A stretch of DNA of 64,000 nt, taken from an uncultured Acidobacteriota bacterium (GTDB lineage Bacteria; Acidobacteriota; Thermoanaerobaculia; UBA5066). The stretch covers positions 1,120,001-1,184,000 of the forward strand of contig CAVZYA010000002.1 in NCBI GenBank assembly GCA_963779415.1, in the 5' to 3' direction. This document shows, piece after piece, positions 29,072-37,791 of this stretch (position 1 is its first letter; each line of letters begins with the position of its first letter). The notes beneath the pieces were generated by a model. It saw only the letters and a list, made by a program, of their open reading frames with translations, was not told the origin of the DNA and did not search any database. The translations under genes were made by a program, and so were the position numbers.

Positions 29072-30307
29072 CACCTGCCCAGCGTGAACGACCCCGAGAG
29101 GCTCGGTCCACAGCAACCCGCACCACTGATCAGGCCCGAATACGTCCCGGCAATTCCTTGCGATGAGAACACCGTCGCATCCCCTGTAGCGGATCCGGCG
29201 CAGGGGCTAGTTACGACCGAGAACTGCGTGGAGTTCCCGTAGATCGTTCCCGACATGGTTCCGAGGGGCGTGGCGGCCGTGAAGGAACATCCACTCTGAG
29301 TGACGACAACGGGACCGCTACCGGTCGCGCCACAGCGGTTACACCACGCGAATGTCCAGGTACCCGAGATATCGGCGCAGGGCGTGTCGTTGCGCCACGA
29401 GCCCAGAAAGAGGTCGGCGTCGTTAGTGACGTTGTCGTTCACGACGGCGTAGCCGGTTGCGTATCCACTGGTGACCGTGAACAAGACGTCGCCACCCGGC
29501 TCAGGTATGTTGTAGCCGGTCAGGCTTTGCTGAGCGGACGAATACGGCAGCAACGGAAGACTAACCTCCCCTAGGTTGGTTCCATCGGTGCCATACACGG
29601 TCACGATGCAGGTCGTTGGCGCGGAGTCGTGGTTGTAACAGCCGACGTTCGACCGCTTTGAGGTCGAAACGACAACGCCCGGCGTGTCCGTATATGTCGA
29701 GTCCGAGATGAGCCAGCCTGTCGTCGCCGGAAGTGTTGTCGAATACGAACCGCCAGTTGCCCCGGCGGTGTAAGTCCGACCCCAAGCGGAGAGCAAAGAG
29801 AAGTCCCCGATGGCCGTGCTGGCGCTCTCGTCTACATGAATCAGGATGGTCGCCGCACCGGTGACGCCGGCCGAACCGACGATGTCTCTGAACGAAGTGA
29901 AGACGTTGTCCGGAATCGAATACCGTTGCCCGTTGAGCTGCGAGTTGTCCTGGTTCGCCGGCAGCACCCAGAGATCAAAGAACGATGTCACCGGACCCGC
30001 CGCCACTCCCCGACAGGAAGATATCCGTCCGAAAGTACGAGCCGAGGCGGCCGGCGGCGTTGGCGGCTCCAAAGATGTAAATCCAGTGCGACGGACCTTC
30101 GACGCGGGTGTTGTACGCCTGACGGCCCGAAGGTACCTCCGCGTGCTGGCTGGTCCTCAAGTAGTCGGCCAGCACGCCGGGAGTCACCCCGAGATGCCGG
30201 GGTTTCACGTCTTCAGCTCGAAGGATGCCTGGAAGGACCACGCACACCAGCAAGCCAGCGAGAAGCCAGCGACCCGAAACGTCGAGCACGGTGCTAACGC
30301 GACGCAT
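29071..30307 (-). CDS. secreted protein with GAANAAG..FRTD domain and Cys-rich C-terminal beta domain; frameshift near 29980
   Basis: ORF 29975-30307 (signal peptide, GAANAAGRLGSYFRTDIF) joins the frame of 29071-30072 (DLWVLPAN..RSNVGCYN..GYAVVNDNVTNDA). Confidence 0.7.
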
Positions 30308-30346
30308 ATTCCCTCCTTTTTCGGACGGGTCTTTCCGCGGAAATAC

Positions 30347-30364
30347 GTGCCTGACCCCGATTCT
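30347..30364 (+). repeat. direct-repeat motif copy 1
   Basis: GTGCCTGACCCCGATTCT. Confidence 0.75.
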
Positions 30365-30407
30365 ACGGGATGCTCCCGGCGCGGAGGCTCATGGGGTCCG
30401 TCTCTTC

Positions 30408-30716
30408 TCAGCGGCCGGCCCGCGGGCGGTATCGCGACGGGGCCGTCCGCTCGGCCTCGCGGCGCTCGACGAGCCGGTGGCTCGCCGTCGCGTCCAGTTC
30501 GAGGTCGTAAACCTTCCGCAGCTCGAGGATCTTCGCGCGAGACGCCGGTCCGAAGGGCGCCTTGCCTTCGAAGGCGTGCAGGACGATTCCCTCCAGGAGA
30601 TCGCCGAGGGTGAGGTCGTGGTACTCCGCGAGCCCCTTCAGGACCTTCAGGATCCGTCTCTCCATCCGGACGCCGGTCTGGACGCGTTCCACGGGGATTC
30701 GAGTGTCGTTCTTCAT
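30408..30716 (-). CDS. small ribbon-helix-helix-like protein
   Basis: ERVQTGVRMERRILKVLKGLAEYHDLTLGDLLEGIVLHAF gives a beta-alpha-alpha pattern; own leaderless promoter. Confidence 0.75.
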   Translation of the reverse strand: MKNDTRIPVERVQTGVRMERRILKVLKGLAEYHDLTLGDLLEGIVLHAFEGKAPFGPASRAKILELRKVYDLELDATASHRLVERREAERTAPSRYRPRAGR

Positions 30717-30722
30717 GGGATC

Positions 30723-30751
30723 AATGTACATTGGTACCAAGATAATGTCAA
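30723..30751 (-). promoter_or_regulatory. sigma-70 promoter (leaderless) with overlapping palindromes
   Basis: TTGACA-17-TACATT-6 nt-ATG on the minus strand; palindromes AATGTACATT and TTGGTACCAA. Confidence 0.7.
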
Positions 30752-30833
30752 GGATTCCAGGTGGCCGGGAGGATCGGCGCTGCGTCGGGTCGACCGCTCG
30801 ATCCAGTTCAGGCCTGGAAAGTCATTAGAACCG

Positions 30834-30851
30834 ATACCTGACCCCGATTCT
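30834..30851 (+). repeat. direct-repeat motif copy 2
   Basis: ATACCTGACCCCGATTCT. Confidence 0.72.
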
Positions 30852-30979
30852 TCGAACGTGATTCCAGCCTTACGCCTCCTTTCCCTCGAATCCTTTCCTC
30901 TTTGCAGAACTCTCCCTTCTTGACTCCACGGAGAGCCTCAAGACCCCCGTGGTTCCGTTTTCGGAATGCGGGTCAAGAG

Positions 30980-31041
30980 CATCAACTCGTTGCGATGCAT
31001 TTAACTCATTGTGCCAGAGACGGTACGGCACGAGAGTTGCA
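30980..31041 (+). promoter_or_regulatory. putative sigma-54 promoter with upstream IHF-like site
   Basis: CGGCACGAGAGTTGCA at 31026-31041; CATCAACTCGTTG at 30980-30992 versus IHF consensus WATCAANNNNTTR. Confidence 0.5.
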
Positions 31042-31834
31042 CGAACACAGTATCTATTCGGTCAAGAAACGTGCCCGGTTCGTGGACGTCCATCGCGCTC
31101 GCCATCGCGCAGGAGTACCAGGAATGAGACAGTTACGCGGCCTGCCAGTCACGATGGCTAGGGTTATGGCCGCGTCTTTAGCGTTCGTCGAAGACGGGCT
31201 CCCTTTACAAAATTGTGGCGCTTCGCCGTACCGATGCCCTTGGAAAGCCGACGAATTTCGTCGACTGTCGGTGCCGGCAGCCTTGGCCAGCTTCGGCAAT
31301 CAGCCCTCCCACTGCGGACCTCTCGGCGCTCTACCGTCTCCGTCCCTTCCCTCGTCGCCGTCCAGCCGAGCCAGTTCGCCAACACACGAATGTGGAGCGG
31401 CCCCGGCGGCCAGCGGGGCCTACCGCCTCCGAACACGACGACGCGACCTTTCACCACCGACAAGCAGTGACGCGTTCCAATGACGGCTCACGCGATCTTC
31501 GTTCCGTTCAAACCGGTGATCATGACCTCGAACGGCCCCTCCCGGGAGCGGTTGCACGAAGTCCAGATGCCACTTGCGTTGCTTCCGAACTTGACGGCTA
31601 CGGAGCCGGGAGGCGAATGCGAGCGTAATGCCGATCAGCACTGTGGCCACCTGGCCGTGCATTTGAACGGACCAGCGGGGAAACCACTGCCCCGAGGATT
31701 GAAGAAACGTACCGGTGCGGCACGGTCCCCTTCGCCTGGCCCCGTGCACAGGGAAAACAGGAAGTAGATGAAGCGGTTCCCCGAAATGTCTTCGATTCTG
31801 TCATCAACGGTATAGACAAAAAGGAAGCATGACA

Positions 31835-33196
31835 ATGAGAAAGCTATATTCGGGCCTTATCGGTTTACTCATCTGTCTTTTCCCTCTGTATGCCGTGGCT
31901 GATAAAGTTCAGTCCAGAGCGCAGTTAGAAAGAACAATGGCTGCTCGTCACTCCTCAACAAATATTCAGGCACCATATGTTACCGCACAGGTAACAAGTG
32001 GTACAGAGCTGATCCAAGATGGTAGTTTTGAAAACGGTCCCGCGCATTCCGGAACCTATACATTCACCTCTGTGTCTGCTCCGTGGGTGTTCGTAGGAGA
32101 CCCGCCGAGATATTGGAGTGCCAGCGCCCCCGCCGCCCATACAGGGGATTGGGCTATCTATTTTGATCCCTTTGGTCCGAGTTCAAATACTCTCTATCAA
32201 TCCGTCTCTATTCCAAGCGGAACAGCAGCGTTGTCTTTTTGGTTGAAGGTCGGGACATTTGAGACGACGAGCTTTAACGTCTATGATACCTTTTCGGTGA
32301 GTATTCGATCCTCTTCCGGAAGTGTTTTAAGCACTGTCGCTGTATATTCAAATTTGGACGATGTTGGTTATGCCTATCGTCAGCATTCTTTTGATGTGTC
32401 CGCGTATGCTGGACAAACAGTTCGTGTTCAATTTGATAGTCACGAAGATTCAAGTAATCCCACAATCTTTATGCTGGACGATGTTTCCCTAACGTATAGT
32501 GGGGGTGGTGGCCCGGGACCGACGCCAACCCCGACTCCATATCCCACGCCGACACCTACTCCTCCCTCCGGTGGGGGAATTACAAAAACACTCTATTCCT
32601 TCGGCGCGGCTCATGCTGCGGGGTCCGGCGGATCTTTCTGGCAGACCGATATGACGTTCGCCAACGGGACTCCTGAAAACCTTACCGTCAAACTGTTCTT
32701 GGATAATGCCGCTGGCGAGGAGACCTACAGCTTCGTGCTTACTGCCGGTCAGTCGAGAACGATCACCGATATTGTCGATGCCATCGGGCTTGTCGATGGC
32801 GCGTATGTGTTGCGAACAGAGGTCGCTTGTTCTAGCTGTTCTTTGGGACTCTTTAACGTAACAGCGCGTACATACGCTCAGGGGTACGGTGGCTGGTTTG
32901 GGGTGGCGCTACCGAATATTGCCCCCTTCACAGGGACCAGAATACTGGCGTTTCAGGATATTTCGAATTCACGTAAGACGTTTTACGCCTTCGGTGTTCC
33001 AGCGGGGGTAACGTATTACAGTGGCACAGGGGCATATCTCGGGTCGTACCCGATGTCTGCTTTCACGGCTAACAGGCTAACCCGAATTCCTTTAGCAGAG
33101 AATGTCTCGTATGTGCGGGTGACTACCGATGAAAACACTGTGTGTTATGGAACACAGGTAGACAACATCACGCAGTCACAAATAGTAATTTACTAA
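31835..33196 (+). CDS. AT-rich secreted modular protein (jelly-roll-like domain, PT linker, GAAHAAG..WQTD domain)
   Basis: Signal peptide; DGSFE..LSFWLK..DVSAYAGQTVRVQF..DDVSL; GPTPTPTPYPTPTPTP; many A/T-ending codons. Confidence 0.85.
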   Translation: MRKLYSGLIGLLICLFPLYAVADKVQSRAQLERTMAARHSSTNIQAPYVTAQVTSGTELIQDGSFENGPAHSGTYTFTSVSAPWVFVGDPPRYWSASAPAAHTGDWAIYFDPFGPSSNTLYQSVSIPSGTAALSFWLKVGTFETTSFNVYDTFSVSIRSSSGSVLSTVAVYSNLDDVGYAYRQHSFDVSAYAGQTVRVQFDSHEDSSNPTIFMLDDVSLTYSGGGGPGPTPTPTPYPTPTPTPPSGGGITKTLYSFGAAHAAGSGGSFWQTDMTFANGTPENLTVKLFLDNAAGEETYSFVLTAGQSRTITDIVDAIGLVDGAYVLRTEVACSSCSLGLFNVTARTYAQGYGGWFGVALPNIAPFTGTRILAFQDISNSRKTFYAFGVPAGVTYYSGTGAYLGSYPMSAFTANRLTRIPLAENVSYVRVTTDENTVCYGTQVDNITQSQIVIY

Positions 33197-33354
33197 GGAC
33201 GGGACGTGACGAAGCTTTCGATGATGGGAAAGGCTGGCGTTTTTGAGGCGGGCTAGAGGGGAAGTTGAGGCGTCGGTTCTTCGAGAGGATCGACATCAAG
33301 GTGGAGGCTGTAATCGGTCAGCCAGTAGAGTAGGCGGCTGACGCTGATTTTGAG

Positions 33355-33460
33355 ATGCTGCGACGGGGGCGTCTCTTGCGCGGGGTCCAGGAGGTCCTGT
33401 GCCGCTCGTCGGCGCGGATGATCGAACGCTACGTCCGCTTCGCGCCGAGTCTCAGGCGGC
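33355..33460 (+). pseudogene. tyrosine recombinase C-terminal remnant
   Basis: LRRG...VQEVLCRSSARMIERYVRF resembles integrase box II (VQELLGHSSxxMTxRYxH) with GH decayed to CR. Confidence 0.55.
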
Positions 33461-33659
33461 CCGAGGGGGGGCATCGACTGGCCGGCCGGGCAGTCGTCTC
33501 CGGAAGGCTGCGCGGCCTCACGAGCGTCTGTGTAAATCCGGTAGGGGAGTAGAGTATTGGGTGAGGGCCCAGCGGGAAGTGTCAGTGCGACGGCGGTGTG
33601 CAGCGCCGTTTCGATTCGCATGCTGGCATGATGGCATGAGGGGGATCGACATACGTCAC

Positions 33660-33950
33660 GTGAGCGGCGCGGAGATCAAGGTCGTCGGGAAGAGCGGACA
33701 GATTTCGCTCGGGAAGAGTTACGCAGGAAAGGCCCTGCGGGTCGAGCATCGCCGAGACGGAGCCATCGTCCTCACTGCGGTCGCGGTGGTGCCAGAGAGC
33801 CAGGTCTGGACACTACAGGAGCCTGACCGCTCGCGGATCACGCGCGGTCTCGCCTGGGCCTCCGCGACGACGCCGGAGCAGACCGACGTCGATGGCCTCC
33901 TCGCGCGAGCCACGAGGGGAGGGATCCGTTCGCGTGGCCGCCGGCGCTAA
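33660..33950 (+). CDS. AbrB/MazE-like antitoxin
   Basis: IKVVGKSGQISLGKSYAG swapped-hairpin pattern; upstream TGGCATGA tandem repeat as possible operator. Confidence 0.7.
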   Translation: MSGAEIKVVGKSGQISLGKSYAGKALRVEHRRDGAIVLTAVAVVPESQVWTLQEPDRSRITRGLAWASATTPEQTDVDGLLARATRGGIRSRGRRR

Positions 33951-34248
33951 GCGGGTCCGGCTCGATCTCAACAGTCCCGAGTTCCAGGAAGTGTTCTTTC
34001 GCCTCGAGACGCAGGAGCTGAAACAGGTCGTCGCGTTCCTGCGTCGGCAACGCGAACTGGACTGGAGTGGGGTCTACCGGCATACGAGCTTCCGCTGGGA
34101 GGAGATCCAGCATCTGAAGGCTCCTAACGGCGCGGGCGTTTATTCGCTTCGCCTGAGCCAGAAGGTCCGCGCTCTCGCTTTTCGGGAAGGCGATTTTCTC
34201 CGTTTCATCTCTCTGCATTCCGATCACGATTCAGCTTACCGGCGCTGA
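33934..34248 (+). CDS. RelE/ParE-like toxin
   Basis: About 104 aa overlapping the antitoxin; YSLRLSQKVRALAFREGDFLRFISLHSDHDSAY. Confidence 0.65.
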   Translation: MAAGAKRVRLDLNSPEFQEVFFRLETQELKQVVAFLRRQRELDWSGVYRHTSFRWEEIQHLKAPNGAGVYSLRLSQKVRALAFREGDFLRFISLHSDHDSAYRR

Positions 34249-34387
34249 CCCGGAGCGGCTCGCCCGCGCGGAGCGCATCGCGCCCACGAATTGAGCGGGT
34301 CGCCAGGCGCGGACATCGTCCACGCCCTTCACAATCAAGTCGTGAAGCCCGGGCGACACCATTCAGTCGCGCGGAACGCGTGTCGCC

Positions 34388-34413
34388 CGGGTCGATTCCG
34401 TTTGGCTCCACCA
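34388..34413 (+). repeat. attR-like degenerate copy of tRNA-Ala 3' end
   Basis: CGGGTCGATTCCGTTTGGCTCCACCA versus CGGTTCGATCCCGTTCAGCTCCACCA (22/26). Confidence 0.8.
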
Positions 34414-34428
34414 ATTTCCGCGTCCTTT

Positions 34429-36750
34429 TCATTCCTGCGGGAAGGTGCCGCCTGGCTCCCGCAGTTTCACCAGGTCGGCTTCCCGCCCCAGCACGGCCGC
34501 GGCCTTCTCGAGCGCGGCCAGGCTGACTTCGTCGGAACAGAGCCACATGAGCGAGAAGTCGTAGCCACGGCGATCGTGGAAGAGGCGAAGGGCCTCCTCG
34601 AGAAGCAAAGGGCTCTGGTCGGCCGCCGCGAGCCCCGCCAGCGCCTGGACGAGAAGCTGTCCGCATCCGAGGCCGCGGGGCCGGCCGCGGATCTGCGCGG
34701 CCATCTGCGAGAAGGCCGCTCTCGCGGCCGCCGCATCCTTCCGGTCGAGCGCGATCCGTCCCAGTGTGCCGAGGCACACCGCGCGGAACGTGTCCCGGTA
34801 CATTCCGTCGGAACGCTCGGCGGCCTCGAGGCCCGAGAGCGCCGACGCACGCGCGGCCTCGAGATTCCCCAGGCGCCTAAGGCATTCTCCGAGATAGCCG
34901 CCGACGCCGGCCGTAGGGCCCGTCGACCCGCCGGCTTCGAGGGCGACGGCCTTCTCCAGGCACCAGCGCCCTTCGGACGAGTGTCCCAGCTCCATGTGGA
35001 TCCAGCCGAGCCCCAGCCAGGCCCAACTGTGGGCGGCATCGAGGGACACGGCGCGCTGGAGGAACGGAAGGCCTTCCTCGAACCTTCCCGAAAGGCCGAG
35101 CGAGACACCTGCGAAGTAGGCCGCATACACGGACGCCGGGTCGAGCTCCATGGCGCGACATTCCTCCGCGAGACCCTCCTCGAGTCGGTCCTGCCGGAAC
35201 AGCGCGTATCCGAGCCAGATTCTCGGCTCGGCCAGATCGGGATCGGCCGCGATGGCGCGCCGTGCGTAACCGGCCGAGATCTCGAGCTCTCCGGGATCGG
35301 TCTGGTAGGGGAACCGCATCGCGTGCACGGCCGCGAGGCTCGCGAGCGCCGGGACGTAGCCGGGGTCGGCGCCAAGCGCCTCCTCGAAGAGCCCCTGAGC
35401 CTGATCCAGGGTTCCTTTCTCGAGTCGATGAAAGAGCCGGCTCCCGCGGGCATGATTCTCGTAGGCGTCGATATGGCGTGCGGAAACTCGAGGGGCGCGC
35501 GCGGCGCTGCCCGGCCGCAGCATCCCGGCGGTCGAGGCGGCGAGCCGGTCCTGCATGAGGAAGATGTCGTCGAGGGTCCCGTCGAGCTTCTCGTTCGCCA
35601 CCGTCTCTCCGGTGGAGACGGCGATCAGCCGGGAGACGATCCGGAGCTTCCGCGCCATCCGCTGATAGCCGCCGGACAGGATCCAGCGGCAGCCGAGCAG
35701 GCGCCCAATCTCCAGAGCGTCGGGCGTCCTGCCCGCCCCGCCGGCGCGGCCGCGCTCCCGAAGCACGGACTCGCGCGGCACGACGGAGAGGCCGGAAAGC
35801 AGGAACAGGTCCGCTCCGAGGCTCTCCGCGATGCCGCTCCCGATCCAGTCGTCGTCGGGATCCCGGGAGAGGTTCTGGAAATCGATCACCGCCAGGGTGT
35901 CGGGCAGCTCGGCGACGAACTCGCCGGCCGAAACGGCGCGGAGATCGGCCAGGAAAGCGGCTGCGGAGGGATACCGCTTCGCGAGGTCCCGGGCGAGGGC
36001 CCGGCCGAGCACGGAGCGGATCTCCGGGGGAACGGCTTCACCGGAAGCGGGGAAAGGTTCGTCTGCGAGAATCGCCGCGATGCGCTGCGCGGCGGTTTCG
36101 CCGGGGAACGCCGGAGCGCCGGTGAGAGCTTCGTACACGACCGCACCCAGCGAAAAGACGTCCGTGCGCCGGTCGAGGGGCTGCCCCTTGAGCTGCTCGG
36201 GAGACATGTAGCCGACGGTGCCGAGGACTCCGCCGTCCCCGGACAGGGCGGTGGCCGTCGGCATCTCGAGCTCCTCCTCCCGGGAGACGAGGAGGCGGGC
36301 GATGCCGAAGTCGAGAAGCTTGGCCGACGCTGCGCCGGTCACCATGATGTTCTCCGGCTTGATGTCCCGGTGCAGGACGCCCGCCGCGTGAGCGTGCTCG
36401 AGCGCTTCGAGCAGGCAGCCCGCGAGGGGGAGGGCCTCAGAGACAGGGAGCGGCCCGCGGCGCAGGCGCTCCCGAAGCGTCTCTCCTTCGACGTATTCCA
36501 TGGCGAGGAAGGACACGCCGGACGCGTCGCCGGCCTCGTAGAAGGTGGCGATGGCCGGATGCTGGAGGCGTGCGGAGGCCTCAGCCTCGCGGAGGACGCG
36601 GGAGCGCAGGGATGCCGAGAGGGACGGCGGGGGGATCTTGACGGCAGCCGGTCGGCCCAGGGCGAGATCCCTGGCGAAGAACACTTCTCCCATGCCGCCG
36701 GCGCCGATGCGCCGCTCGAGCAGGTAGTGAGAGAGCGTCCGACCGATCAC
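34429..36750 (-). CDS. Hanks-type Ser/Thr kinase with TolB-like and TPR domains
   Basis: GAGGMGEV, AVK, HRDIKPEN, DFG, YMSPEQ; LAVIDFQNLS; TPR helices. Confidence 0.93.
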   Translation of the reverse strand: MIGRTLSHYLLERRIGAGGMGEVFFARDLALGRPAAVKIPPPSLSASLRSRVLREAEASARLQHPAIATFYEAGDASGVSFLAMEYVEGETLRERLRRGPLPVSEALPLAGCLLEALEHAHAAGVLHRDIKPENIMVTGAASAKLLDFGIARLLVSREEELEMPTATALSGDGGVLGTVGYMSPEQLKGQPLDRRTDVFSLGAVVYEALTGAPAFPGETAAQRIAAILADEPFPASGEAVPPEIRSVLGRALARDLAKRYPSAAAFLADLRAVSAGEFVAELPDTLAVIDFQNLSRDPDDDWIGSGIAESLGADLFLLSGLSVVPRESVLRERGRAGGAGRTPDALEIGRLLGCRWILSGGYQRMARKLRIVSRLIAVSTGETVANEKLDGTLDDIFLMQDRLAASTAGMLRPGSAARAPRVSARHIDAYENHARGSRLFHRLEKGTLDQAQGLFEEALGADPGYVPALASLAAVHAMRFPYQTDPGELEISAGYARRAIAADPDLAEPRIWLGYALFRQDRLEEGLAEECRAMELDPASVYAAYFAGVSLGLSGRFEEGLPFLQRAVSLDAAHSWAWLGLGWIHMELGHSSEGRWCLEKAVALEAGGSTGPTAGVGGYLGECLRRLGNLEAARASALSGLEAAERSDGMYRDTFRAVCLGTLGRIALDRKDAAAARAAFSQMAAQIRGRPRGLGCGQLLVQALAGLAAADQSPLLLEEALRLFHDRRGYDFSLMWLCSDEVSLAALEKAAAVLGREADLVKLREPGGTFPQE

Positions 36751-36965
36751 ACCCGGTCTCCTCGCCCGGCGGGACGTAACGGGATCGCGGGACACGCCCG
36801 CGAACGCCGGATCGACACCTGAACGCCGGATGCGTCGAGAAGCTCCCCCCCCACGTTGAAATCGTAGCGATCGGTGCCTCCACGAGGCAACCTTTTTTGT
36901 CGGCCTCCGGCCTGCCGTTCTCGAGCCTCCATCGGATCGATCGCCAAGTCTATAATTGAAAAATG

Positions 36966-36976
36966 AGACCTGACCC
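36966..36976 (+). repeat. partial motif copy 3
   Basis: AGACCTGACCC in an AT-rich context (TATAATTGAAAAATG). Confidence 0.5.
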
Positions 36977-37068
36977 TACGCTTCGGCAGACGTCACCACG
37001 CTCAAGAGCATGAGCGCGGGCGTCAGCTCGTCCAGCTCGTCGAGGTGTACATACCCTCTATGCAAACA

Positions 37069-37107
37069 TGGAATAGGTGCCTGGAATAGGTGCCTGACCC
37101 CGATTTT
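37069..37107 (+). repeat. motif copy 4 with 13-bp tandem duplication
   Basis: TGGAATAGGTGCC x2 then TGACCCCGATTTT. Confidence 0.75.
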
Positions 37108-37131
37108 ATGCGGAGTCCGCCGATGCATCCC

Positions 37132-37560
37132 TTACTTGTGGGGGCTCGACCCGCCGACCACCCGGTGCCCGTGGGCCTCGGGCGACATGAGGACGAGGTA
37201 TCCCTCCTCCTGCGAGGGCCAGATCTCCGACAGCTTCATCTGATCTCCCACCCTGTCGAAGACGAACTCGGGTCCCCTGTCCGTGTCGTGGCGCTCGAGG
37301 CGCGTCAGGATGAGCATGACGACCGTCGGACCCGTCGAGTCGGTCGACCGGAGCGTGATCCGGGTGCCGTCAGCCTCGAAGTCGTACGTCCCGGCCGGAC
37401 ACGGCGTGGAGCCGGCGACGAAGGGGAAGTCGATCGTGGCCTTCCCCCTGGTTTCAGGGACAGCCGAATCCGCGAGGCTGGTCAGTGCCAGGCCGAATGC
37501 GGCGGCTGCGACGGCGGCACGAGAGAGGACCTTCAGGCGGCTCTTCGAGAGGATGTTCAT
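37132..37560 (-). CDS. small secreted beta-sandwich hypothetical protein
   Basis: AGGAGG RBS; signal peptide; ATIDFPFVAG..PAGTY; FVFDRVGD..LSEIW. Confidence 0.8.
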   Translation of the reverse strand: MNILSKSRLKVLSRAAVAAAAFGLALTSLADSAVPETRGKATIDFPFVAGSTPCPAGTYDFEADGTRITLRSTDSTGPTVVMLILTRLERHDTDRGPEFVFDRVGDQMKLSEIWPSQEEGYLVLMSPEAHGHRVVGGSSPHK

Positions 37561-37745
37561 GGAGACCTCCTTTTCCTGGAGGCAATCTGGCCTTCATCCC
37601 CCCGAACGTCTTGAGGGTGCTCGGATTTTTCTTGCAGGTGGCTCTGAGGAAATCGTGACGGATTCCCCGCCTAACCGGTAAGTTCTCCGTCATCTACGAG
37701 TTCTGCGACGTCCGCAGGATCCCGGGGACTTTCTTGGGAGACGCG

Positions 37746-37763
37746 GTGCCTGACCCGGATTTT
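37746..37763 (+). repeat. motif copy 5
   Basis: GTGCCTGACCCGGATTTT. Confidence 0.72.
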
Positions 37764-37791
37764 GGATTCTCTTTGACCGCGGCTCGACGGC

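Larger units (their letters stand above)
29031..34413. mobile_element. decayed tRNA-Ala-integrated genomic island
   Basis: Bounded by tRNA 3' end (29005-29030) and a 22/26 copy at 34388-34413; AT-richer cargo; integrase remnant; TA pair. Confidence 0.75.

Noticed and set aside
28931-29242. Small ORFs over the tRNA
   Set aside because: Spurious translations of tRNA-Ala.
36747-36947. Short ORF coupled (GTGA) to the kinase start as a regulatory uORF
   Set aside because: No supporting motif or conservation visible; such overlaps arise by chance in GC-rich DNA.
29031-37763. Classical integron cassette array
   Set aside because: No intI gene and no convincing RYYYAAC...GTTRRRY attC hairpins; the repeats are short, direct and non-palindromic.
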